A DNA stretch of 64,000 nt from Anaerotignum sp. (lineage in GTDB: Bacteria; Bacillota; Clostridia; Lachnospirales; Anaerotignaceae): the NCBI GenBank assembly GCA_045630845.1, contig JAZQTP010000045.1, forward strand, positions 16,526-80,525. The letters are read 5' to 3'. The translations under genes were made by a program, and so were the position numbers. How positions within the stretch are numbered: position 1 is the stretch's first letter; each line of letters opens with the position of its first letter. Below are positions 39,052 through 47,803 of the stretch, piece by piece. Below the pieces are notes generated by a model. That model had not been told where the DNA came from and made no database searches. It saw only the letters and a list, made by a program, of their open reading frames with translations.

Positions 39052-39089
39052 AAATCTCCTCTCATTTTGAAAGGAGATTTTTTATTTTT
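39052..39089 (+). terminator. intrinsic terminator after the HsdR_N-like cargo gene
   Basis: 9-bp stem aaatctcct (39052-39060) / aggagattt (39072-39080) followed by ttttatttt. Confidence 0.75.
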
Positions 39090-39100
39090 ACAAAGGAGGG

Positions 39101-40894
39101 ATGTCTTTGGGAATTCTTGACGGTATCGTAGAATGGATCGCCGAACAGGTGATGAACATTCTGGATATGATCAATACCTCTGTGCTGGGGGCTTTGGGAT
39201 GTAACATGGAAACATTCCTCAGATATTTCCCGGCGGCAGAGACCTTTTACAGTATCATCGTTGCGTTGGCCGTTGGGCTTTTGATGCTGAACCTGATATT
39301 CCAGCTTCTTAGAAACTTTGGGATTATGAACAGCGGTGAAGCAGAGAATCCGGTCAGTCTGACAGCAAGAACGCTACTGTTTTTATTTCTGGCTCTCTTT
39401 ACCGATGATATATTAAATATTGTATTGAAAATAGGCGGAACACCTTTTGGCTGGATGATGTCAGAGGAGCTTCCGCCTATTAATTTTGCGGATTTCAATT
39501 CTGTATTGCTGACGATCCTTGGAGTATCTCTGAATGGGTCGATTGCTTTGATTGCCTTGATCCTTTTGGTGATGCTGGCATGGAACTATCTTAAGCTGTT
39601 GTTTGAAGCAGCAGAAAGATATGTGCTTTTGGGTGTTCTGGTCTATACCGCACCGATGGCGTTTTCCATGGGTGGCTCTATGAATACCATCAACATCTTC
39701 CGCAGTTGGTGCAGGATGCTGGGCGGTCAGATTTTTATGATCCTGATGAATGTCTGGTGCCTACGCATTTTTACATCTATGTTTGCCAATTTTATCTCTA
39801 ATCCACTTTCTTTGGAGAATGGCAATTTTCTGATCTGGTTCCTGTGTGCAATCGGTTTTCTGAAAATCTCTCAGAAAATAGATAACTTCATGCAGATGCT
39901 TGGTATCAACGTAGGCAGAACAGGTAGTTCTATGCTTGGTGAAGCAGCCATTGCCATGAGAGGTTTGGGTATGACAGGAAAGGCAATCGGTGGCGGAGGT
40001 GGTACTTCCGGGGGAAGTAGCTTCAACAGCTCCAGTAGTGAAACAATCTTGCAGGGCGGTCTGGCCGGTGCAGTCGGTAGACAGTTTAACCAGAATGCCA
40101 TCAGTAACATCACTGGCAAGAGTGACAGCATTGCATCGAATATTGCGAGGTCGGTATATAACTCCTCCATCCAGAATGGCGGTGGATTTTCTACCAATGT
40201 CATAAGTACCGTTGCAAAAGGAGACATTAGAAAAATGGGCTCTATCAAAGGGAATGACGCGGTACAGGCGTTCCAATCCTATATGGGCATTGATCGAGCG
40301 AACAATCAGAAAGAAACGACTGCAGCAGGCATGGAAAGAACTTCCGAGTCTGCTACAAGCAGCATATTTGATAACCAGAATACAAGTACATATTCCGATC
40401 GTTCCTTCGAAGGGATGCAGACATCCGTGGAACAGGTATTGGCTGAATATCAGCAGAATATCGGCATGGAATCCTTCGATACAGGAACAGAGCAGCCTGA
40501 TGGTTTCTATACACCTTTCCCAGACCATCAGGCTCCCCCTCCAGAAAACAGTGGAATCAATATAGAAAAAGGAGAAAGTTTTATACCATCTGTCAGTCCT
40601 GCATCTCAGTTCTCTCATGTGGAGATTGGCGGCGGACGGATCATGGGTACGGAAACATCAAAGGAACTTGGTGGCAGTGTGAACTTTGCCATGTATTCTA
40701 CGGATAAATATATGCCTCCTACACAGGGGGATTATAAGACAGTAACGGCTGTGGATGGTTCCAAATGGTATCACCAGTACGCACAGCCAACAGTAGTAAA
40801 AGAGCCTTATATGAAAGAGGATGGAAAGATCCAGTATAAGGAACATATTGAAAATAAATTACCGGAAGCGCCAAGGAGAAAGGATAAAATCTAA
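39101..40894 (+). CDS. VirB6/TrbL (TcpH)-like polytopic T4SS membrane protein
   Basis: Six or more TM helices in the first 300 aa, followed by a Gly/Ser-rich and polar tail; the position fits a T4SS array. The ATG at 39101 abuts the AAGGAGG RBS, so the TTG at 39107 may be the true start. Confidence 0.65.
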   Translation: MSLGILDGIVEWIAEQVMNILDMINTSVLGALGCNMETFLRYFPAAETFYSIIVALAVGLLMLNLIFQLLRNFGIMNSGEAENPVSLTARTLLFLFLALFTDDILNIVLKIGGTPFGWMMSEELPPINFADFNSVLLTILGVSLNGSIALIALILLVMLAWNYLKLLFEAAERYVLLGVLVYTAPMAFSMGGSMNTINIFRSWCRMLGGQIFMILMNVWCLRIFTSMFANFISNPLSLENGNFLIWFLCAIGFLKISQKIDNFMQMLGINVGRTGSSMLGEAAIAMRGLGMTGKAIGGGGGTSGGSSFNSSSSETILQGGLAGAVGRQFNQNAISNITGKSDSIASNIARSVYNSSIQNGGGFSTNVISTVAKGDIRKMGSIKGNDAVQAFQSYMGIDRANNQKETTAAGMERTSESATSSIFDNQNTSTYSDRSFEGMQTSVEQVLAEYQQNIGMESFDTGTEQPDGFYTPFPDHQAPPPENSGINIEKGESFIPSVSPASQFSHVEIGGGRIMGTETSKELGGSVNFAMYSTDKYMPPTQGDYKTVTAVDGSKWYHQYAQPTVVKEPYMKEDGKIQYKEHIENKLPEAPRRKDKI

Positions 40895-42418
40895 ATGGAT
40901 AATGATATGCGTAGGGCGGTAAAGACAGCAGCGATCATTCGCTATGGCGTCACAGGCCCGATTGCTGCTATGGATATGGCATGGCAGCAGAAGCATAACA
41001 TTGTAAAGGTCACATTAAGTCTTGGATTTTTACTGGTTTTGCCGGTACTTTTTTTGTGTATGCTGCCGTCTTTTATATTCGGCAGTTTTCAGCTTACGAC
41101 CGCCTGGAATGATAATGCTGTTCTCATGCAGAACATCCAGTATTATCAGACTGCGGTATGGTCTGTGATAGAGGAAGCCCATGATGATTTGCTTGAGGAA
41201 TTACAGAGCGAAGCAGAAGAGAATGAGGAGATCACAATCCTTGATGACTTTAACTACAGCTCTGTAAATACAACACTGATTTTATGTCAGTATTCTGCGG
41301 CAATGGGAACGGATGAGATCGATGTGGAGGATATTGTTTCAGTTATTTCAGCTCATAGTGCATTTTTATTTTCAAGTTCGAAAAGTGGCGCCAATACATA
41401 TCGCATTCGTTATGTCGGGGACGACTATTTCGCAGACCATATTTTTAAATTGACAGAAGAACAGAAGGAACTGGCAGAGATGTATGCCTCCAATCTGGAA
41501 CTGTTTTTATACGGCAGCAGGTTTGGCAGTGTATCAGCTCAGGTCAGTGAAGATGTTTTGAAATATAAAGACTTGGTAGAGAAATATGCCCAGAAGTACG
41601 GGATTTCGCATTTTGTTGATGTGATCAATGCCGTTATGATGGCTGAAAGCGGAGGACGGGGGCCTGATGTTATGCAGGCCAGTGAATGTCCTTATAACAA
41701 GAAATACCCCAATGAACCAAATGGTATCACTGACCCGGAGTATTCCATTGAAGTTGGGGTACATTACCTGTCGGATTGTCTGAAAGCTGCAGGCTGTACT
41801 TCTCCCAGTCAGACAGAGAAACTGAGTTTGGCATTGCAAGGATATAACTATGGGAATGGTTATATTTCCTGGGCAATAGAAAAAGATGGCGGATATACAG
41901 AAGCCAATGCACAGGAATTTTCCAAAATGATGCAAAAGAAACTGGGCTGGAGTGGATACGGTAATCCGAAATATGTCAGTGCAGTATTCAAATACTTAGT
42001 ATTCTCTGGAAATGGTATCTGGGGGTCTCCTTTTGTCGGGAAGAATTGGAATAATGCTGTTTCTTCAGAGTTTGGCTGGAGAACAGATCCATTAAACGGT
42101 AGTAAAGCTTTTCATGAAGGATTGGACATTGCGTATCCAACTGGTACAGAAATCAATGCGATTTCCGGTGGGGTTGTGACTTCCGTTGTTTATTCAAAAA
42201 AAGGGTATGGTCATCATGTCAGAGTGGATTGTGGAGATGGTGTAACAGTATTGTATGCCCATTGCAGTGATATTTTTGTAGTGAAAGGACAGAGTATTAC
42301 TGCGGGACAGGTTATTGCAGAAGTAGGCGCAACAGGGCGTGTGACAGGTGCACATCTGCATCTGGGTGTATTAGTCAATGGGGAAGAAGTGAATCCAAGG
42401 GAGTATATCAGTTCATAA
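40895..42418 (+). CDS. T4SS cell-wall hydrolase (lysozyme-like domain + M23 LytM peptidase; CwlT/TcpG analogue)
   Basis: MMAESGGRGPDVMQASECPYN (lysozyme-like family) and FHEGLDIAYPTGT...GHHVRV...GAHLHLGV (M23 metal ligands). N-terminal TM anchor. Confidence 0.8.
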   Translation: MDNDMRRAVKTAAIIRYGVTGPIAAMDMAWQQKHNIVKVTLSLGFLLVLPVLFLCMLPSFIFGSFQLTTAWNDNAVLMQNIQYYQTAVWSVIEEAHDDLLEELQSEAEENEEITILDDFNYSSVNTTLILCQYSAAMGTDEIDVEDIVSVISAHSAFLFSSSKSGANTYRIRYVGDDYFADHIFKLTEEQKELAEMYASNLELFLYGSRFGSVSAQVSEDVLKYKDLVEKYAQKYGISHFVDVINAVMMAESGGRGPDVMQASECPYNKKYPNEPNGITDPEYSIEVGVHYLSDCLKAAGCTSPSQTEKLSLALQGYNYGNGYISWAIEKDGGYTEANAQEFSKMMQKKLGWSGYGNPKYVSAVFKYLVFSGNGIWGSPFVGKNWNNAVSSEFGWRTDPLNGSKAFHEGLDIAYPTGTEINAISGGVVTSVVYSKKGYGHHVRVDCGDGVTVLYAHCSDIFVVKGQSITAGQVIAEVGATGRVTGAHLHLGVLVNGEEVNPREYISS

Positions 42419-42517
42419 ATCTGTATTCTTTAAAAAGATAAATAAATAGTTTATAATGAAAACAAGTATAGGATGTTCTTGTTTTTAGTGTATTTAAATA
42501 TGCAAGGGGAATTTTGT

Positions 42518-43006
42518 ATGGAAAAAATTACAATGGACTATTTATTAAATCATAAATTCGAGTTAACAGGTCTTGAAGAAGAGTCCGTAAATAAAACGCG
42601 CAGCAGTGGTATGTTTTCAAAGGCAGAACTGGGAATGTTGCCGCGTTCGGATACAGATAGATTTGATGATTTGAATATACTTATTACTGACATGATTTTT
42701 GATAAATTTGGAAATTTTCAAAGATTTTCTCAGAAGTCTAATTTGAATGCAGAAACAGTTAGGAAATATATTCGCGTGGGTAGTGGTAAATCTTTGTCAA
42801 AAGAAATGCTTGCGAAGTTTGTGATTGCCTGTGCGCTTTCTGTAGATGAGGCGAATAAATTATTTGAACTTCATTCTCATGTATTGCAACCTAATAAAAT
42901 TCTTTTAGATGCTGTAATCGTACATTGTTTAGAAAATAAGCACGATCTAGACGGTTTTTTTGATACATGTAAACAAGTTGGATTGAAGATCGAATATAAG
43001 GTTTAA
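42518..43006 (+). CDS. XRE-like HTH protein (162 aa), first gene of the AT-rich cargo block
   Basis: FSQKSNLNAETVRKYIRVGSGKSLSKEMLAKFVIACALSVDEANKLF is an HTH plus a helical extension. ATG at 42518 after GGGGA. Confidence 0.55.
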   Translation: MEKITMDYLLNHKFELTGLEEESVNKTRSSGMFSKAELGMLPRSDTDRFDDLNILITDMIFDKFGNFQRFSQKSNLNAETVRKYIRVGSGKSLSKEMLAKFVIACALSVDEANKLFELHSHVLQPNKILLDAVIVHCLENKHDLDGFFDTCKQVGLKIEYKV

Positions 43007-43082
43007 AACGGGATTATAGTTCCCGAATTCATTGCTTACGATTGATAAAATGGTGTTAATCATTCGTAAGGAGGGAGAACAT

Positions 43083-45716
43083 ATGGCAAAAAGAACGTTT
43101 ACTTGGGAAATCTTTCCCTATGATTTTCTGAAAGCAATTGCTTATGGAAAAGAAACACCTATAAGGTTAAGACCTAAAAGGGTATATGAAGAAAATGATA
43201 TTGAGTTTTTAGCTCCGCATGTTTCACGTATCTGTAATTATCCAGATGAGTATTTCGTTAGAAAATATCGAAAAGCAATTGAAGATTATTTTTTGAACGG
43301 AACAAACCATTTGATTCGTGTAGTGCAAAGGTTAGAGAAAATCAACTATGGTGGCGTTCATTTGGGTGAAAATGATGATATGCTTTTTGCATTACGCCAA
43401 AAAAGACTTACACAGACATTAGTTGATGTGTACTTAAATGAATTACGAATCACCGGAAAAATTGCTTTTGATGATGATGAAAGCATTTTCCGTCTGCCTA
43501 AAACGGTAGACCTCAGTTCTGCAGAACAAGATAAGGTTTCCTTGTATCCCTATCAGGAAAAAGCAGTTGCGGCGATGAATCAGTATTTTGTAAAAGAAGA
43601 TAAAAAATCTGCGATTTTATCAATGCCTACTGGCAGTGGTAAAACACGAACCAGCGTATATTATCTGCTGCATGATATGATCAGTCAGGGTTACCAGGTG
43701 ATTTGGTTATGCCATCGTTCAATGTTGATTGAACAGGCCGCAGAACAATTTTATAAATTTTCTCCAATTATCAAAGAGACGAATGGCTCTATGGATCAGT
43801 TTAAGATGGTCTGCATTTCAGGTAAACATGCCAGTGTTCGTGCTTTGGAAGAAGATGATAATCTTATTATTTCCAGTGTTCAGAGCTTATGCAACAATAC
43901 AGTGTATTTACCTAATATTTTGGCCGAAAAAGTTATGATTGTTGTAGACGAGGCACATCATACATTGGCTCCTTCGTATAGACGAATTATTAAAGCGGTC
44001 AGAGAGAAAAGACCTGATGCCAAGCTTTTGGGGCTTACTGCAACACCTGTTCGTTTGACAGAAAAAGCGACAGGACAGTTGATGAAAATATTTGATAACA
44101 AGATTGTGTATTCTGTTTCAATGAGCGATTTAATTGCTGATAAGACATTGGCAACACCTAAATACGTTCCTGTTGAAACGAATGTTGATATTGAAACCCT
44201 TATTAATATCGACGAACGAAAATATATTGCAAAATGGGGCGAATTTCCAGAGTCTTTGGTAATGAAAGTGGCAAAGACAAATGAACGAAATGAAGTCATT
44301 GTAAATGAGTATGTAAAAAACAAAGAAAAGTATGGCAAAACAATTATTTTTGCATTAAATGCTGTTCATTGTGACTCGTTAAATGAAGCTTTTAAGAAAA
44401 AAGGTATTCGCAGTGGCTATGTTTATACTTTAATCGGCAACGCAGAAAACCAGAAAACCATTGATCGTTTCCGTCATAATGAGGATGAAGATGGAATTGA
44501 TGTTTTGATCAATATCAATATTTTAACAGAAGGTAGTGATATTCCAGATATTCAGACTGTTTTTCTTACAAGACCTACTACCAGTGATGTTTTATTGATG
44601 CAGATGGTTGGTCGAGGCATGAGAGGCCCTGGCTGTGGTGGTACAGAAACTGTTAATATTGTAGACTTTTGCGATAAATGGACAAGTATCACTAGTTGGT
44701 TAAATCCTAAGTTCATTTGTGGAACAGAAGAGCCTGACGATGAAGAATTTGAACGAAAGCCATATAAACAGAACTTAATTCCGATGGATGCAATTCGTGA
44801 TATCGTGAAAGGAATTAGTTATAAAGGTGAATATGCGGATATTCGAGAAATGACATTACCAATTGGCTGGTTTGATGTTATTGATGAGTATGGTAATGAC
44901 ACAAAGGTTTTAGTATTTGAAAATCAATTACAGGGATATGATGCTTTCAAAGTGGATGTAGAACGCTATTTTGAGGATGATAAAGTAAGCACTCAGGATC
45001 TGATTGTAAAGTATTTCAGAGATTTTGGGATGCTTCCTGACAAAAACGATTTGAATGATATCCTGCGCTATATTAAACAGGAGAAAGAATTCCCAGAGTT
45101 ATGCAGTTTTGAAATTCGAGATAAGATTGATCCCTTTACTATAGCTGAAACGATTAAAAAGGGAGACATGACTTATAGCGATACAATGAAATGTATCAAG
45201 GATGCTTATGAACAAAATAAAGAGATAACAGAAAGTCTTTATGGCAGTTTTGAATATTACAAAAAAAGAGTATCAGACTGCTTAATGTTTCCAAAAGGGA
45301 TTGTTCCTCTTGGTACAAGATTGGAAGAAGTAGATAAAGAAGTTTTCCATCTGTCTAAAGAGCCTCTTGCAGAAAGTATTGAAGAACTTTTAGCAGAAGT
45401 GATTGAGGAAAATAAAGAGCACCTGGGACAGGATTTTATTGTGCCGGAGATTCATTGGACAGATCGTCCTCTGGGGGGCTTTTGGGGAAGATACATTCAT
45501 GACTATAATTTGATTCAAATGAATGCTCTTTTAAATTCTGAAAGCATTGATAAAGAAGTAGTCAAGTTCGTGATTTATCATGAGTGCCTGCATCAATTCT
45601 ATAAAGGACATCCCAAGGAATTTTATGAAAAAGAGCACTTGTATAAAGACTTCCAGAAGCATCAGCATTTTCTTGATTATGCACTTCGTGATTTTGATAT
45701 GGATTTTGATTATTGA
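43083..45716 (+). CDS. SF2 (DEAH) helicase with unassigned N-terminal and middle regions and a C-terminal DUF45/YgjP-like HExxH metallopeptidase motif
   Basis: Motif I MPTGSGKT, motif II VVDEAHH, motif III LTATP and motif VI QMVGRGMRG. The C-terminal VIYHECLHQFYKGHPKEFY has H-E-x-x-H-x5-H-[SP]-K-x-F-[WY] spacing, as in YgjP-type proteins. ATG at 43083 after AAGGAGGGAG. Confidence 0.75.
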   Translation: MAKRTFTWEIFPYDFLKAIAYGKETPIRLRPKRVYEENDIEFLAPHVSRICNYPDEYFVRKYRKAIEDYFLNGTNHLIRVVQRLEKINYGGVHLGENDDMLFALRQKRLTQTLVDVYLNELRITGKIAFDDDESIFRLPKTVDLSSAEQDKVSLYPYQEKAVAAMNQYFVKEDKKSAILSMPTGSGKTRTSVYYLLHDMISQGYQVIWLCHRSMLIEQAAEQFYKFSPIIKETNGSMDQFKMVCISGKHASVRALEEDDNLIISSVQSLCNNTVYLPNILAEKVMIVVDEAHHTLAPSYRRIIKAVREKRPDAKLLGLTATPVRLTEKATGQLMKIFDNKIVYSVSMSDLIADKTLATPKYVPVETNVDIETLINIDERKYIAKWGEFPESLVMKVAKTNERNEVIVNEYVKNKEKYGKTIIFALNAVHCDSLNEAFKKKGIRSGYVYTLIGNAENQKTIDRFRHNEDEDGIDVLININILTEGSDIPDIQTVFLTRPTTSDVLLMQMVGRGMRGPGCGGTETVNIVDFCDKWTSITSWLNPKFICGTEEPDDEEFERKPYKQNLIPMDAIRDIVKGISYKGEYADIREMTLPIGWFDVIDEYGNDTKVLVFENQLQGYDAFKVDVERYFEDDKVSTQDLIVKYFRDFGMLPDKNDLNDILRYIKQEKEFPELCSFEIRDKIDPFTIAETIKKGDMTYSDTMKCIKDAYEQNKEITESLYGSFEYYKKRVSDCLMFPKGIVPLGTRLEEVDKEVFHLSKEPLAESIEELLAEVIEENKEHLGQDFIVPEIHWTDRPLGGFWGRYIHDYNLIQMNALLNSESIDKEVVKFVIYHECLHQFYKGHPKEFYEKEHLYKDFQKHQHFLDYALRDFDMDFDY

Positions 45717-45730
45717 TTGGGGAGATAAAA

Positions 45731-46834
45731 ATGAAAAAAGTGGTTTTCTGCGAAGTAACATGGATGAAATATTATGCAGGGGTTACTGAAAAAGATCGCC
45801 CCAAAAATGGTGGTAAACATATTAAAGAAAACGAAACAGGTGGTGAGGTTTATAACTTCACCCCATATAATCACAAATGCTATGGATACGTAATGCATTA
45901 CGGGGATGAGTTACATATAGAACGTTATGCTAAAGTCTTAAAAAGTTCTGATGAAGTACGAGATATGACTGTAGTATGGGTTGCATCTGATGGTGTGAGC
46001 AGTAAAATCGTGGGATGGTATGAACATGCTCAAATGTTTCGGTATTGGCAATCCTATTATGATATTGAGTACAGCGGTGACAGCTATAATTATTATAACT
46101 TTGTAGCTGATGAAAAGGACTGTTACTTAATTGATGAAAAAGAGCGTTCTTTTGTCATTCCAAGAGCAATTATTGCAGGTAAAGGTAGAGGTATGGGGCG
46201 ATCTCAGATCTGGTATGCAGATTCTCAGTATGCACAGGATGAGTTTGTGCCTAAAGTATTAATGTATCTCGAATCCATGAAAGATAAATGCATTCCTATA
46301 CGCCTGTTGCCTGAAGAATTGGCGAAGGTTGCAGAAGATCATGGAGAAACAACGGATGAATTACTTGAAAAAGCAATGAATCTACTTTCCGATGAGAATG
46401 GATCTCTGCACACTGCAGCTGAACTTATAAACCTTGCTATTAAAAAAGAGGATTGCTATAAAACAAGAGCGGCAAAAGGCAAGTTGTTTTATAGTATCGG
46501 ATGGTATGATGAGGCAGAGGAAGAATATAAATTAGCTTTGTATCACGAAGAGGTAGTAGAAGCTATGGCAGATCTTATGTATGTTGAATTAATGCTGGGG
46601 AACACTTTTATTGCAATAGATTTAGGTGAAAAAATCAGAAAACGTAAATCAGAGGATGACGCATGGATTTATATTTCTGGTAATCTTGCATTTGCATATA
46701 TCAATGAGCATGAACTGGATGCTGCTACTCTTTTGATAAAAGAATGCGAAAATGATACAAGCAGGGAATATTCCTGGATTGCTTATGCCAAAGAGTTAAT
46801 CGTAGATATAAGAAAAGAAATAAAGAGGCAATAA
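45731..46834 (+). CDS. hypothetical protein (367 aa): unrecognised N-terminal domain + TPR-like C-terminal helical repeats, translationally coupled to the helicase
   Basis: ATG at 45731, 15 nt after the helicase stop, with a GGGGAG RBS. The C-terminal region (...GKLFYSIGWYDEAEEEYKLALY...GNLAFAYINEHELDAA...) looks like TPR. Confidence 0.6.
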   Translation: MKKVVFCEVTWMKYYAGVTEKDRPKNGGKHIKENETGGEVYNFTPYNHKCYGYVMHYGDELHIERYAKVLKSSDEVRDMTVVWVASDGVSSKIVGWYEHAQMFRYWQSYYDIEYSGDSYNYYNFVADEKDCYLIDEKERSFVIPRAIIAGKGRGMGRSQIWYADSQYAQDEFVPKVLMYLESMKDKCIPIRLLPEELAKVAEDHGETTDELLEKAMNLLSDENGSLHTAAELINLAIKKEDCYKTRAAKGKLFYSIGWYDEAEEEYKLALYHEEVVEAMADLMYVELMLGNTFIAIDLGEKIRKRKSEDDAWIYISGNLAFAYINEHELDAATLLIKECENDTSREYSWIAYAKELIVDIRKEIKRQ

Positions 46835-46978
46835 GAATAAAGATGGATATTATGTGCAATCAAAAAACGGGATAAATAATACCGGATTCAGATTTCAACT
46901 CTTGTTATTATATAGCCACAGAAGGGGAACAGAAACCCACTGGATAAGAGTTATATATAGCAATTGGAGGGATCTATT

Positions 46979-47358
46979 ATGAATACACAGCGAATCACAA
47001 ATATTCATGAAGATATTGTTAAGGTACTGATTTCTAACTTGGAAAAAATCCTGGACGCGCAATTCTTACATATGAGGATTTATGTAACAGAATCGGAAAT
47101 CAGGTTCATTGTAGAACTGTTGCAGGTTATTTGGGCGATATTTCATGTTGGTGTGATGAAATCGGAGCACCAATGTTGTCTGTTCTGGTAATAAACAAAC
47201 ACGAAAATCGACCAGGAAAAGGGTTCTTTAGATTATATTCTGACTTGCATGGTATGCCGGTTAAATCTTTAGATGAAGAACTGGTTTTTGTTACAGAACT
47301 TAAGAAAGTTATGAAATATCGCAAATGGACTGAACTGAAATATTATTTAGGTATCTAG
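46979..47358 (+). pseudogene. small winged-helix-like gene split by a frameshift near an A6 run (about 47044-47049)
   Basis: Frame A reads MNTQRITNIHEDIVKVLISN.... Frame B continues GKNPGRAILTYEDLCNRIGNQVHCRTVAGYLGDISCWCDEIGAPMLSVLVINKHENRPGKGFF...LGI-stop. Joined, they give one protein of about 125 aa. Confidence 0.6.
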
Positions 47359-47406
47359 AAGTAAATGTACTTCATACATAATCTCACACTCTCTTACTCT
47401 AAAAGT

Positions 47407-47440
47407 CGGGTTGCATAATTGTTTATGCAGCTCGATTTTT
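47407..47440 (+). terminator. intrinsic terminator closing the cargo block
   Basis: 12-bp stem cgggttgcataa / ttatgcagctcg (two G-U pairs), 4-nt loop, then attttt. Confidence 0.75.
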
Positions 47441-47758
47441 AATTTATGGAGAAAAAGAAATACCAAGAATAAACTTAATTCTTTTATAATCATATTATTG
47501 TCTATTCGTAACGAATATGATAATAAAACTATATTTTTTGAAAGAAAAGGAATATAATATTATAATATATTTAAATCATAAACAGAAGATTTCAAATGTT
47601 CTGAAGAGGAGGTATTAAAGCTGCTATGAAAGATAAGAAGGAACAACGAGTTGAAAAAGCAAAAAAAGTGCGGCATTTGCTGTTCCAGTTGTAGTTACAG
47701 TTTTTAATAAAGGTAAAATTATAATTCAAAACATTAAAAGATAAATATATAAAAGATT

Positions 47759-47795
47759 AACAACCTCTTTTTAAATGAAAGAGGTTGTTTTATTT
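47759..47795 (+). terminator. intrinsic terminator immediately upstream of the VirB3-VirB4 gene
   Basis: 10-bp stem caacctcttt (47761-47770) / aaagaggttg (47778-47787) followed by ttttattt. The GAGGAG RBS of the next gene starts 4 nt later. Confidence 0.75.
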
Positions 47796-47803
47796 GCTGA
47801 GGA

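Noticed and set aside
47484-47526. An AT-rich inverted repeat, considered as the oriT of the element.
   Set aside because: It is far from the relaxase-like and coupling-protein genes, has no nick-site consensus that I can recognise, and such AT-rich palindromes arise easily in DNA of about 30% GC.
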